Shown one piece after another: positions 38,638 to 51,654 of a DNA stretch of 64,000 nucleotides; positions within the stretch are counted from its first letter, which is position 1; each line of letters opens with the position of its first letter. The notes under the pieces are model-generated. The model saw nothing but the letters and a program-made list of their open reading frames with translations, was not told the origin of the DNA and searched no databases. The DNA is from Convolutriloba macropyga. Lineage: Eukaryota. Made by a program: the position numbers and the translations under genes. Location of the stretch: NCBI RefSeq assembly GCF_964194025.1, contig NC_134471.1:12276001-12340000 (forward strand). The letters are read 5' to 3'.

Positions 38638-38824
38638 GAAACGGTTCCAATATCTTCCAGATTAAACACCCTGGATGACGAAGCCGCCCACATTGACCTG
38701 GAACATTCGAGTATCGAGTGGGTCTACATCATAGTGGGGATCATCAATCTAGCAATTGCACTTTATCTCCTCCTCATTTACTGCTGCTTCCCTCAAAGGA
38801 AAAAAGAGACAGAGAGATACTGCA
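38638..38824 (+). CDS. MFS transporter exon containing TM6
   Basis: gatag|GAA; SSIEWVYIIVGIINLAIALYLLLIYCCFPQRKK; 3' end ambiguous (38798 or 38824). Confidence 0.75.
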
Positions 38825-38957
38825 GTTATTAGATAATAGTTGCGTATAGGTTGCGATACAATAATGTTGCGTGACACGGGAGATTTTGATGGTTTTTTTT
38901 GCAAATCAGGGTCGATGTGTCAACGCTAAAAATCTCTAAGAAATGTAAGATTTGCAG

Positions 38958-38986
38958 AGGAAGAGAAAGTTGTTGACACTGATGAG
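38958..38986 (+). CDS. Candidate 29-bp micro-exon of MFS transporter (EEKVVDTDE)
   Basis: tttgcag| acceptor and strong GAG|gtgagc donor. Confidence 0.4.
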
Positions 38987-39435
38987 GTGAGCTTCGAACC
39001 CGGGTACAGCAGTTCATTTTCGTAAGAATTCCGGTGAATATGCTTTAAAATTTTTTAAAATTCATTACTAAAAACCGCAAACCATCTCTAACAAGGGTCC
39101 ATTGCTACTAACAGCAAATCTTACAAAAACTCAAAACTCTGCGATCTTTTTCTGCGGCGTTATTCTTACAGTATCATATATCAGCTATTTAGTTCATAAT
39201 CTATGACTACAACTTTTCTTAGATGTCAGAATAGGAAGCAATTTTAATAACTTTTTGAATAACGAGGTCAACCCGTGAGGGCCCTTACGATGACGCACAA
39301 GTTTTCCAAGTTTCCCCTATACGCCCAAAAAATTATGCTTAATTTTCAAAGTCTTCTCTGGGGAACTGGAAAAAATATTTTCGTGAAAATCAATACATAT
39401 TTCAATACTTAAAATAACAACTTTCTCTGTCTCAG

Positions 39436-40087
39436 GAAATCTAAGTCACAAAATGACTCGTCACTATCGGAGGAACTGTCGCATGAGGAAAAGATCCGAG
39501 AGTACAATTTCCGAATCCGCTTCATACCAATTGGAGTCGTTCTGTTGGCACTCTACTTCGGTGTCCTACTGGCTTACGACGGCTATCTGGTCACATTTGC
39601 AGTTATATCCGACCTTAAAATGAATGTTCATGAAGCGACTACTTTATCAGCCACTTTCTGGCTCACATTTGCATTTGGACGATTTCTGGCAATTTTTTAC
39701 TCCATGTATCTTTCAGATTACGTTATAATGCATCTTGATGTCTTTTTCCTTGTTTTATCCTCAATTCCATTGTCGACTTCAATTGTTTCAAATGTTTATG
39801 CGTTTTATTTTTGTTCCATGATTTTTGCACTTAGTTTTGCCTCGCTCGGACCAGCCGCCCTATCCTACACGAGTCGATATCTTACCATAAATGGAAGGAT
39901 TGGTGCAATTTACATGGTTGGTGGGTCTTGTGGTGAAATAGTTTTGCCCTTTATTATAGCTTATATGATGGACAATTTCGACCCTATGTGGTTAATGTAT
40001 ATCGTGACATTTTGTACTATTTGTCTGTACCCTTTGGCGTCTTATAAGTTTTACCTGGCGGGCAAACACGGAGAGAAGAAAGATTGA
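39436..40087 (+). CDS. MFS transporter last exon (TM7-TM12)
   Basis: Acceptor ctctgtctcag|; ATFWLTFAFGRFLAIF and GGSCGEIVLPFIIA are typical MFSD4 C-half motifs; stop TGA 40085-40087; AATAAA at 40192. Confidence 0.92.
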
Positions 40088-40300
40088 AATTTTGTCTTAT
40101 AGAAATTGAGAGGTTAAAAAGTTTTAATAACTTTCTGCTCAGATAATATTTTAAAACTGTATGAAGACGAATTACAATTTGATTGCGATAGAATAAAGAT
40201 TTTATAGACTAATTAAAATTTGATTATTCCATAAAAGTTTTCTTTGTGTAGCGTGCTAGTCAAGTACGTTTGATCAGTGCGAAGTTTCATCTGGACGGAA

Positions 40301-40995
40301 ATAGGGGAACTTTGATTTGCAGTAACAATAGATTTGGACAACTCCTTGACTAGCTTGAAAAAAATAATATTTCAAAAATACATTTTGCAAAACAACGAAA
40401 AAACCGTTTGAAAATCTAACTTTTTTCCTAAGAAAGCTAGGTCAAAAATTCTTTTTGACTTGGATCCCAGTGACATAGGGGAACTTTGATTTGAAGTAAC
40501 AATAGATTTGAACAACTCCTTGACTAGCTTGAAAAAAATATATTTCAAAAATACATTTTGCAAAACAACGAAAAAAACGTTTGAAAATCTAACTTTTTTT
40601 CTAAGCAAGCTAGGTCAAAAATTCGTTTTGACTTGGATCCCAGTGATATAGGAGAACTTTGATTTGTAGTAACAATAGATTTGGACAACTACTTGACTAG
40701 CTTGAAAAAAATATATTTCAAAAATACATTTTGCAAAACAACGAAAAAAACGTTTGAAAATCTAACTTTTTTCCTAAGCAAGCCAGGTCAAAAATTTTTT
40801 TGACTTGGATCCCAGTGATATAGGAGAACTTTGATTTGTAGTAACAATAGATTTGGACAACTACTTGACTAGCTTGAAAAAAAATAATTTTCAAAAATAC
40901 ATTTCGCAAAACAACGAAAAAAACGTTTGAAAATCTAACTTTTTTCCTAAGCAAGCTAGGTCAAAATTTTTTTTGACTTGGATCCCAGTGATATA
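40301..40995. repeat. Tandem repeat, four units of 172-174 bp
   Basis: Unit starts at 40301, 40475, 40648, 40820; array ends ~40995. Confidence 0.95.
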
Positions 40996-42569
40996 AACAA
41001 AGCTTAGCTCAAGCTGGGTCTAACAAAAAAAGTTTCGTCAAAATCGATTCACTCTAGAACGAGTTATTCCAAAGTAAAGGTACCGTACCAAATGACCAAA
41101 AAAGCAGAGTACTCCGGCTGCAGAGCCAAAATTCGGCATCTGCACTTGCTAAAATGCTATGAGAAATATATATGGGAGCCTTCCCCTCATTCTGTCGAAG
41201 CTAAAGAACTATAATTTATAACTTAAATAAGCTGTTTTGTGGTACCGAAAACTTGGGTCACCCAGAACAGCCCGAAAATTCGACTTTTTTCAACTTCAAA
41301 CATTAATAAATTTTTGATATAGACTATTTGAGAAACCAATCAAACACTGCAAGAAAGAGGATTTCAGTGCTAACAAAATGCGACCACTCCCGTTTAATTT
41401 GGTCCAGTACTTTAGCAGATATTAACAAAATACTGTTTTGTACCCCATTTTTTGGGCTAAAATCGAAGCCCAGAATATCCGGAACTGACGTAAAACAACG
41501 TGAAACCGAGTTGCCAGCGTATTTTTGGTGGTGATTCTGCTCCACTTTGACGTTCTGGGTCACGCAAAACCTTCATGGGGAGGTAGGAAAAAATTTCTCA
41601 CCTCACCATGAAGGTTATGATGTTTTGTGTCTTTTCACATAAAACAACATCCACAGAAATTTGATGAAATCGTGAAAAAAAAAATTGTTGAGTTGACCCC
41701 ATTAATTGATACAAATCGCTTCAAGAACTCAAATACTGTCCAGAAAACACAAAAAGGACGCCCAAAAAACTTGTTCAATTGCAAAAAAAAAACACCACTT
41801 ACCTCATTCATTTGGTCAAATGACCCATTTTGACTACCAAGTTCCACGTCTCGCTCAAATAAACCATCAAAACGTGTAAAAAAGGTACAGTGTGTATATA
41901 GTGATACTCTCCATCAACTGAGCTTTCTAAAACATTATAATTTTTAATCTTGACACAAAAAATTTCAACATTATTTCACCGCCGAAATAGCCGAAATTGG
42001 ACGAAAATCGAGGTTCAGCGCCTATAGAGCAAAAAATGACCCACTCAGCTCCATAAAACCATATACAAAATATGTATGGGGATACTCCTCACTACAATAC
42101 AAATCCAACGAACTCATATATGTAGGGATACTATGGTATTTTAGGTTACGCATTTTTGGGGAAATCCAATATCACCTGAAATATTGACTTTTTTTCAAGT
42201 TTGCCAATCAATAAATTTTTTAACAGGCCGAATTAGGGTAGTACAATTATATGAAGTGCCAGACGGTTACAATGTCAACACAATGAGTCTATGTTGGTAG
42301 AATTCTGTTGAGTACTTGACTACTTATCAACAAAACAACTAATTGTACTATGTCGTTTCCGCTTCTATATTACTGTAATCCAATTTTCCACAGACGTTTT
42401 TTATGCAGGATTAATAGTTTTTGATGTAATACATAAGGAAGAATAACTAACAAAAAGATATCAATATTGAGAGATTCAATTACATAAAAAGCTGTGAAAA
42501 AATTGTGGCTCCTTCTCTATTAGGAATCAAATGAAACTCAATTGAAAAAGCCTAATCACTGACACCAAT

Positions 42570-44140
42570 TAAATTACAATTCAGATGAGAGAATATGCGA
42601 CAAAAAGCCTTGCTGAAACCTTAATTTGACAAAAATCTAATTCAAAAATGACTTTTTACCTAAACTAGAACAGAAATAATTGAAATGACCGCAAATGAAT
42701 TACATAAAATTTTCCTTACTTTCTTATCGACTGTGGGTGTGTATTCAAAGGTTTTATCTCCAGCTGAGTAAGTGGTAAAGACTATTTATTGTTTAAAAAA
42801 TGTTTATTGTGTAAAAGAGTTAATTTGATCCAGTTAATCCGCAAACTTTTTTTTTTTGAAGTTCAGTTTGCATCTAGTCTTTTTTTGAGACGTAAGTTGT
42901 AAGCACTGCTTTTATCTGGGCAAAAACTTCCCTATATTGAATTTAGTATTCAAATATTGGTTTTGTTAGAGCTGAACGTTTTTCGTCTTGATTAAAAGCA
43001 TAAACTGTAAGAAATATCAATAATGCGATATTCATTTACTTAAAAACATGTGAAAAAGAAATGTTGTCTCTCTATTTTGGGAACCAAATGAAACCTAGCT
43101 CATGTTTCCCCAACTGTTGACACAAAAAACAAAGACTCATAGGAGAAGATTTGCGATGAAATTTCTTGCTGAATTTTTGAAGGTGACAAAGTCTCAAAAA
43201 TATGTTTCTACAGAAATCAGAACAGAATTAATTTAACCCACCGCAAATGAAATAAAATAATCTTTTCGTTACTTTCTTAACAACTGTTGACACAAAAAAC
43301 AAAGACTCATAGAAGAAGATTTGCGATGAAATTTCTTGCTGAATTCTTGAAGGTGACAAAGTCTCAAAAATATATTTCTACAGAAATTAGAACAGAATTA
43401 ATTTAAACCACCGCAAATGAAATAAAATAATCTTTTCGTTACTTTCTTTACAACTTATGGCTTGTATTTTTGATCTATTTGTGAGCTGTGTAAGTCCTAA
43501 AGACGGTTTATTGTCTAAAAAAGTCCACAGGGTAATTTGATCCAGGGAATCCGCAAACGTTTTTTTTGAACTTCAGTTTGTATCTAGTCTTTTTTGAAAC
43601 GTAAGTTGTAAGCATTGCTTTTATCTGGGCAAAACTTTCCCAATTTTTAATTTTGCAATGGTTTTTTAGAGCTGAACGTTTTTCGCCTTGATTAAAAACA
43701 TAAACTGTAAGAAATATCAATGATGCGATATTCAGTTACATAAAAATATGTGAAAAAGAAATAATGTCTCTTTTATTTTAGGAACCAACGGAAACCCAGC
43801 TCATAATTCCCCAACTGTTGATACACAAAACACAAAAAAGTCGGAGAAGAAGATATGCGATGAAAATTCTTGCTGAATTCTTAAAGGTGACAAAGTTTCA
43901 AAAATATCTTTCTACAGAAATTAGAACAGAATTAATTTAACCGACCGCAAATGAATTAAAATAATCTTTTGGTTACTTTCTTAACAACTTATGGCTTGTA
44001 TTTTAGGTTCTATTTTTGAGCTGTGAAAGCTGTAAAGATTGTTTATTGTATAAAGAAGTCCACAGGGTAATCTGATCCAGTTAATCCGCAAACAATTTTT
44101 CTTGAACTTCAGTTTGCATCTAGTCTTTTTTGAGACCTAA
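42570..44140. repeat. Diverged ~540-bp tandem repeat (~2.5 units) with an internal 170-bp duplication (43111/43281)
   Basis: aatccgcaaac anchors at ~42836, 43548, 44084; caactgttgacacaaaaaac at 43111 and 43281. Confidence 0.85.
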
Positions 44141-44239
44141 TACATAAGCATGGGTCCTATTTGGAAACAAAAAACTCAGTATTTACTTCTATCATGGGGA
44201 TATTTTGTATATCGGTGAACGTCAAGAAAAGAAACCGAT

Positions 44240-45030
44240 TCTAAGACGTGGCAGAGAAACCCAAGACTTGGATTTTCTCTGCCCAGAGAGGCCCCAAGTC
44301 TTGGGGCAAAGTTCACAAATTTCAACTGCAAATGATTTTTTTACAGAAAAAAGTGTAATTGGGCGCCAAATATAAAAGAAAGAAATTGCCCTCATTAAAT
44401 TAAAACAAAGAAGCTTCATGATGTCAACCTTAACTCTGCTCAGAGAAACCCATGACTTGGGTTCTGCGCTGCCCAGAAAAACCCAAGTCTTGGCCTCTCT
44501 CTGCCCAGAGATATCTCAAGTCTTGGCTCCGCTACCCAAGTTTTGGCATCTCTCTGCCAAGACTTGGCCTCTGGAAAATCTCTGAATCAGGCCTGATGGG
44601 CTCTGGGGGTTCGGTACGGGTTGCCAATTGGGTAACTTTAATTTTTTGTTGCTTCTATAGATACAGAAGCAAGAACGGAGCAAGACTAAAACTGCATTGC
44701 CCTAGAGCAGTTCAACATAGGAAAAAACAGTTGGAAAACTGTCAAAACGCTTAAGAATTTTGTCAACTCTAAAGATGAAGCAAATATTGCAGCTGGAATA
44801 TATTGCAACATTACTTGATTGAATGATATCATGTATCTGAAGAGTAATTGTCTTCCGTCCGTTAGCAATAATGACAGTGTAACGCTTTTCAGTTGTTCTA
44901 CTTCCAAAATTATGAAGCATCTTTTTTTATGAAACCAAGATTTTTCTTGATAAGTGGATTGCAAAAAAATGAAGAAGCGTATTTGCTGACTCAGTTATGA
45001 GCAATAGTGAGCAATAAAATTGCACGTAAA
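44240..45030. repeat. Relic DNA-transposon-like sequence: ccaagtcttgg/ctgcccagag arrays followed by a segment homologous to the interior of the 1138-2276 element
   Basis: 44660-45030 aligns with 1435-1522 plus 1685-1945; termini not found. Confidence 0.55.
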
Positions 45031-48000
45031 GTTTTCAAGTAAGGAATGTGCTGAAAGTGCTCAAATTCTGTTTTTTCCTTAGGTGCTGATATTATGAAAA
45101 ACGTGGGCAATTTGATTTTGGCAGTACTGCTAATTGTTCCTTGAGTATCAACTTACTATAATTACGTCGACAAAAGGGTGGGTAATTTATATGAATATCA
45201 GAAGGAGATTATGAGTTGTGTTTAAAACCTACCTTTTTTAAAAAGAAATGTGAAATCGATGTTCGATAAAAGTTTTGTCACTAAAACTCAAAACGCAAAA
45301 ATTTAAATCGCATTCCTTTTCAATGTTTTCGCTCATTTTTTTCTAAATTTATTTCTGATCTAGCTCAAATTTTTTTTTTAACATGAACCATTCATACACC
45401 GAGGCAGGATAATTTCAACTGGACAGATTTTGGTCAATTCCTCTTTTGCAATTGGCAGAATTGGTTAGCTTGGTGGTCTTTGTGATATGTTCCGTATAAC
45501 AATTAACAATTTGATTTTGGTAAAATTCAAGTTACGACAGGCCGAGTCAAGCGATTTGGTCATTATGGCATCCCTTACTCCAAGTCGGGACCTTTTAAAA
45601 TCTCATAATCAGTATCTCAAAGCGCCAAGTATGGGTAATATTCAATATTTTATAAATTCTAAAATGGGTTTTAAAAAACCGGCAATAAGAGCCTGAGTTG
45701 GGTCTAAGTTGTTCCGTGCATGCCTCAAAGCAGTTTGTCTGATGCCCTACTATAAACCACTAAGGTTTACAAGGACACCCTTTAATGTCCGATTCGACCG
45801 GCCAATGTTCTGTGGAATTTAGCATATTATGTTGAAACGTTACCCAATATTCCGGTCATTCAAGTTTGTGTTTTGAAAAATTCAATATTTAGATTTGTAT
45901 TCAGAATGTAGCTCTACAAATCCAATATTGGACTATTATGAGCCATTATTTCTTTGAAATGGTACTGAATCGATAATGAAAATCTAGATATACTTGGATT
46001 TACAGAGGCTAGTAATAAAGATATTGGGTTGCAGGTCGCTCTTGCTCACTTGGTTTTTAGTCATTTTAAAAACTGTTGCGTGCTTTTTTCACTTCACAGC
46101 TAAAACCAAAATTTTTTGTTCAAGTTTTTGTCTGTCAAAGTTAAAAAGTTTGCTCAGTTATCAAATTTTGTGTTCATCTAAAATCATTAAAAGAATTCAT
46201 TAGCGAGTGAGGTTTCTTTTTTGTTACCGGTCTTAAATCAGCTCATGAAAATTAATTGCTTCAAAATTTAGTGATGTGTGGATTAATTATCTTCGCAAGC
46301 CCACTCGCGGGATGAAATATGCATTGATTAAGTTCGGCTCGGTTCACTTCTAATGTTATGCTTGAATTAAAAGTTGTCTCAGCTCTTTTTATTGGAGAAA
46401 GAAACGCCCTTCATCTGTTTGTATACCGTCAAATTCAACCCCGAATTCAACCTCACTTCAAATATTAAATCAAGATCTACTTCATCAAAAACAAATTCGA
46501 CTTCACTGTGTTTGTTATAAATTAATTGATTATTCAAATTAACCTCGCATGCGCCTTGTTGTAAAACATGAACTTGCTCTTAATTCACTACTAAAAATAT
46601 TGCCAAAAAATAGCGCCCAAAATTGGGCCCGGCTTAAAAATAGACTTGTTTTCTCGCTCTGCAGCTTGATCTGGTAGGTAGCAGTGCTTCCCTAACCCGT
46701 AATCCCTGTTTGGGGTAATTGATGAATACAGATTAGGTGAAAATTAACGGGTAATACATCACTTTACCTAGTTATATCTCATTACTGTCCACACACACAC
46801 ACACACCCATATTGGGTCCAGATTAGTCCACATCGCTGGGTGTGGATGGAAAAGTATAGAAAAGTATTGATAAATACTGGGCAAAATTTCAGCAGTTGGT
46901 TCTGGAAGGAGTTGAATTTTTCACGCGCGCACGCTTACGGAGTCGATCAATCTTATTTCCTCACACGGTCGTCTTAATAAGAGCCGAATTCAATAATTTC
47001 CTACGTTTATTTTTTTTGACATTAACCAATTTTGCCCTGTGGATGTTTGTAAACCTATCAAGCTTGCAAAAAGTGAGCAATTTATTGGCATTTTTGTTTC
47101 ACGTCAACTTTTCATCTAACCTTGCCTTTTTATGCTCTGGTTCACAATACCCGTGTGAACAAAAATGTTAATAATTTCTGTCGTTATTGCAAAAATCCTC
47201 CCAATCTGAGCTGTGTTTTCAAATCAAGTTTATTTGAAGCCCAATTTTCTTTTTCCATTATCAAGTAGTGATTTCTTGATATTTTATCAAATTCAATTTT
47301 TGTGGACACCTTAGCCGAAAAGATTTTTAGTCGAACACGATTTAATGGCTTAGTATTTTTGTGACATTTTGCGACCTTGGCGGGCAAAAATTGGTTGTAG
47401 GGGCGAGGGGGACAAAATTGTAAAGCTCAGTAGGGGTCTTTTCCAGAGTTCAATGAAAATGGAAATTTGAAGACAATAACCCGCCCCGAAAATCTTCCTT
47501 GCAAGACATTTACGTCTTTAGCGTTTAATTAACGCTATTTGGGTTCACGTTAATGCATTTCACGTTTTAGCTTTTATGCACCTTTTATATAACAAGTGAA
47601 TTAAATTTTTTCTTTTAAAAAACTGTTGAAAAAACTGTTCACATTCCTAATTGGTGGGATAATGTAACAGGGTTGCGAGTTTTGACTTATTTGTTCACTT
47701 TTTATTTGATTAATTGGATATCAAATTTATAACAAAAATATTGAATTAAAACTAGTTCATATTTTAACTAGTTAGTTTTTCTTGACCGCGGCAGCTGAAA
47801 ATTTTAGCATTGCACTTGACCTCAGCAGAAATTAATCTTTATTTTGCAAAAATTTAGAAAACAATAGTGCCTAATATATTTCAGCTAAGATATGTATCTT
47901 AACGCGGTTGTGGGTTTTCAGTTTCTGATAGTCAAGCCTCGACAAGTATTTATTAAATTTGGGCAGCCAATTGTATGAAGAAGGTAGCTGCAAAAATCAG

Positions 48001-48804
48001 GGCAAATAAATGAAGCTAAGCTTGATTATTTATTCAAAATCATCAGCCCCATCTAATTCCTGATAACCTCTACAAGACTCCACTGCCATTCCATGTTCCA
48101 TGACAAACCCATTTATCTGTGCTGATTTGTGTTATTGTGTACATTTTGGGGCAGTCCCGGGGCAGAAAACAGCTCTGCTATTGTAAGGTTGGTGTCAATC
48201 TATCTATTTCAGGTTAGGCTCTGCTGACTTTGACAGATTCAATTGGCTGGTTAGAATAACTAATTAATAAAAAATTAATCAAATATTGATCATATTCTTT
48301 CTTTTCCTTCGAGCTACTTGCCAAGTATCCTTCAGTCGACAAGTTTTCAAGGTGAGTTCAACTTCTATCTTGACAGTTTGACTTCTAAATTGTAAGTTCT
48401 GGGGTTCAAATTGTTGCCTCGTCTTTTGCAACAGTTTTTGGCTGATATGACCATGCATGTATTGATATAAGACGATCAGAAGATTCGAATCTCATTGATT
48501 GTATAGGAAGTTTGAAAGAGATAAAGTAAAAATTAAACGATCGAACTCATATTCAAATCGCTGAGAATCCGACAGCCGTTCTCAAAAACCGATATTAATT
48601 CATTGCTCTCAGACGAAATGTGTTGCTATTTGTTCTGAAACCTTAGTCGTTCTGCTCTAATTATTTTGGTCCTGCAAGTCTTTTTATGCAATTTTTCGTA
48701 CGAAATTTTTTTGTCTGATCGACGACTTGTTTCATAACTTTCTGTGACTTTTTAGTCGGAGATATGCTCCGTGAAAAAAAAAACGAAATTCAAAAATCTC
48801 TTAA

Positions 48805-51055
48805 TTATATTTTTGTTTTTTGTACAGTCAATTTTGACCGATCGATTTATTCACTGTAGAGGGTTTTGAGTGGCATCATTAGGACTCCCGTCCAGCTTAG
48901 AAGTTTTAATTAAAAAAATTTCTTTGATTTTCGTTTTTTTTCACGGAGTTTTCGAGGATTTAAATTTTGTGAGCGTTTGACTGAATTCCATTGTATCTTT
49001 TCACGTTTTCCATATTTCTACGCAATTTTTTCCAATTTTGCTTTAAAAAAACATGTCAAAATTGTTAAGGATAGTTTCATTAGTTTAAACTCTAAAAATG
49101 CATGAGTGCTGATGATTTGCTTGATTCAATTTTTAGGCTAAAGTTTTTGCTGATTTTTCCAAAATTCAGCATTTTTTTTCATCAAAACTGGTACGAAATG
49201 AATTTCATTAGTCCACTTTATAATTTTGTTTCAATTTTCCGGATTAAAATACCTTAAAATTGCTGACTTTTTTAAACACCAATGAGGGCTTGTTTTACTT
49301 GCGCTGCCTTTGAGAGTGCTCTTGAGTGAAATTACAGTTTTTTGCTAATTTAACTCTATATTTAGCCGAAATGCGTTATTTATTTTTGGTATTTTGGCTT
49401 CTCTATCAAACTTAATTTATCCATAAGATATAGAACAATCTGCGTTCCTAATAGAGAAGCAACAGTGTGAAGCCTGGATTGAGTCTAATCGTGGATCTTT
49501 ACAATCCAGCAGAAATTTGGATTGTAATCGGGCTCTGTCATTTTCCAAAAATCTTTGCTTTTTGTCTTTTTAATGTTGATTGCAAACCAGAATAATTCAA
49601 ACCAAGGCGCAATTTATGACAGATCCCATTTATGTGCCAATGGGCTCAATGAACACATAAGATTTTTCAGTGAGTATCTCATGGTTTTTATGGCTTGTAC
49701 ACTGAGTTTAGGTAAAGGTCTCTAGATTTTTGTTTTGCCTGAGTTCATTGTTATCTTGCTACAATTATCGCACTCATGAAAGCGTCAATTGGTTTTGTAG
49801 GGAAGTACAATTTAATCTATCTGGTATTTTTTAGTCAAAAGCTTTTGGAGGTTTTAACTTTAAGAAATATTTTTACAATGAAAAAGAATAGATTACTTCA
49901 CTTTAGCAAACTTTTTCTCTTACTTTGGTCAAATTCTAGCTTAACGTCAAAAACATGTCGCTTACTCTTTCTACCGACTTTATATATTTTTGTGTGGATT
50001 CATTTGCAAAGTTTTGATTTTAAACTATGACACTTTGAGTCTTCTCAGAAATTTATTCTTTTTTTGTAAATTTGCCGATCTTTGATGCTCTGTGTCATGT
50101 CTTGCATTTTTATCACAGTATTGACAGGTAAAATGTCCCGTGGCGCTAAAAAAAATCGGATCCTTTAGTAAATGGTTTATGATTTTGACGGCTTCGACGA
50201 GATCTTCTCAAAGAATTTAATGACTTTTGGATTTTCGGCTGTACTAATCGTTCTTTTTGTAGTCCTATGACACATTTTGGATTATGACAGTTCTCAGTGT
50301 CTTCTTAAGGAGGAGATAATGAATCTATTTATCAATTTCTGTTGATAGCTAGTGTTTTCATGACATTAGTATTAATTGATTTCAAAGAAATAAACGTATT
50401 TAATAGCTTTGCCTTTTTGTTGATTTTGGTCTAGATCTTACTATTTCTTAAAGATAGAAAGCAGTATTATTTTTAAATTTGTTCTTTGTTTCTGTACTTG
50501 TTTCCTAGTTTCGTTAATGTCAGTGCTGGCGTTGAAAGAATGCTGTTTTTTTACTTTATGGCATTTATCAATGGCCTCCCATGAGGAAATAACAAGAGAG
50601 ACAAATGAATCTATTGAATATTTTTTATTGATAGCTTATGTTTTTTGATATCCAAACAAATTGTTTTCGAAAAACGTATGAGTATTTTTAAACTTTGCCC
50701 TTTTTGTTAGTTTTGTCTACTTTTGGTAATGGTCTCGTATTTTCTTAGTTTAGGTTCTACCTGATGCTATTTTGTCTTTTCTCAGGTATTTTTATGAAAA
50801 GTTGCGATTGAGTTTTGGATGTCAATACTATTTGTTTTTATTTATCTTTTTTGTCTTGTTTCGTAGTCCTAAAATTATAAAGAAATTTGATTTAAAATCT
50901 TCCTTTTTTTATTCGTACGCCAACTATTTTCGAAAAATACATGAAATTTTGAAAAAAGATTTCTGTCTCCTCATTTGTTAGACAATTAAACTACAAATCT
51001 GGATGAGCGGGATCGGAGCGGTATACTTGAATGTACATTAACGAGTCTCTTTATT
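48805..51055 (-). mobile_element. Interspersed repeat copy D (inverted, 3' hairpin lost)
   Basis: tggatgagcggg at ~51000 is the reverse complement of the family 5' motif; homology continues down to ~48810. Confidence 0.6.
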
Positions 51056-51654
51056 CAATACAAAATAGTAATTTATTAAATGGCTTTATTTTTGCAATAA
51101 ATGGTTTTTCCAGAAAAACGGTCTATTTCTGCGGACAACTGTATGTCTTATAACATGTTCAATAATGCATTAATATCAACAATTTTCACTTTATCTCCTC
51201 TGCAACAGTTCATAGAGTGAGTTCCGTTTTGTGGAATTAGATAAACCTTGCTGTTTTTTTAAGCTACTCAATGCTGTCGCATAGAAAAGAACTTATCATA
51301 AAAATTCTAAAAAATTAAAGCGGCGATGAAAATTTGGGTAATGGTTTTTATTATAAAGTGGTAAGAGAAGTTGAAGCGCTATGATACTGAAAACAAATAA
51401 AAAAGGAACAAGTTTTGTTCTTAGAAGATGAATGTTGAAAAAAAATTTACCGGTAATTATTTGATCATTTATTTTGGAATTAACATTACAAACTAATTTC
51501 TGGCCAAATTTTAAAATTTCAGTTCACGGGCAATCTTATTTTTCAGCTTTAATTTATAAAGATTCAGCATAAATACAGTTTAAGTAGCTACAGTTGTTTA
51601 AGAGTAACAGTTTTCTGTTGAGGACAATTAGAGAAATTGTTAAATTAGGCTTAA

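Noticed and set aside
38980-39010. CTGATGA...CGAA hammerhead-like core and tRNA B-box-like GGTTCGAA
   Set aside because: No GAAA or closing stems, no A-box or cloverleaf; overlaps a splice donor and a transposon end.
40301-40995. Regular repeats as a CRISPR array or hammerhead retrozyme; ORFs 40372-40608 and 40718-40954
   Set aside because: No unique spacers, no CTGANGA/GAAA core; the ORFs are by-products of the repeat.
46682-46760. CAGTGCTTCCC hAT-like terminus
   Set aside because: No matching opposite TIR or 8-bp TSD found.
48312-48356. Plus-strand exon-like segment ending AAG|gtgagt
   Set aside because: No partner exons or recognisable peptide.
48767-48948. Apparent 182-bp MITE
   Set aside because: No TSD; right arm and interior belong to repeat copy D.
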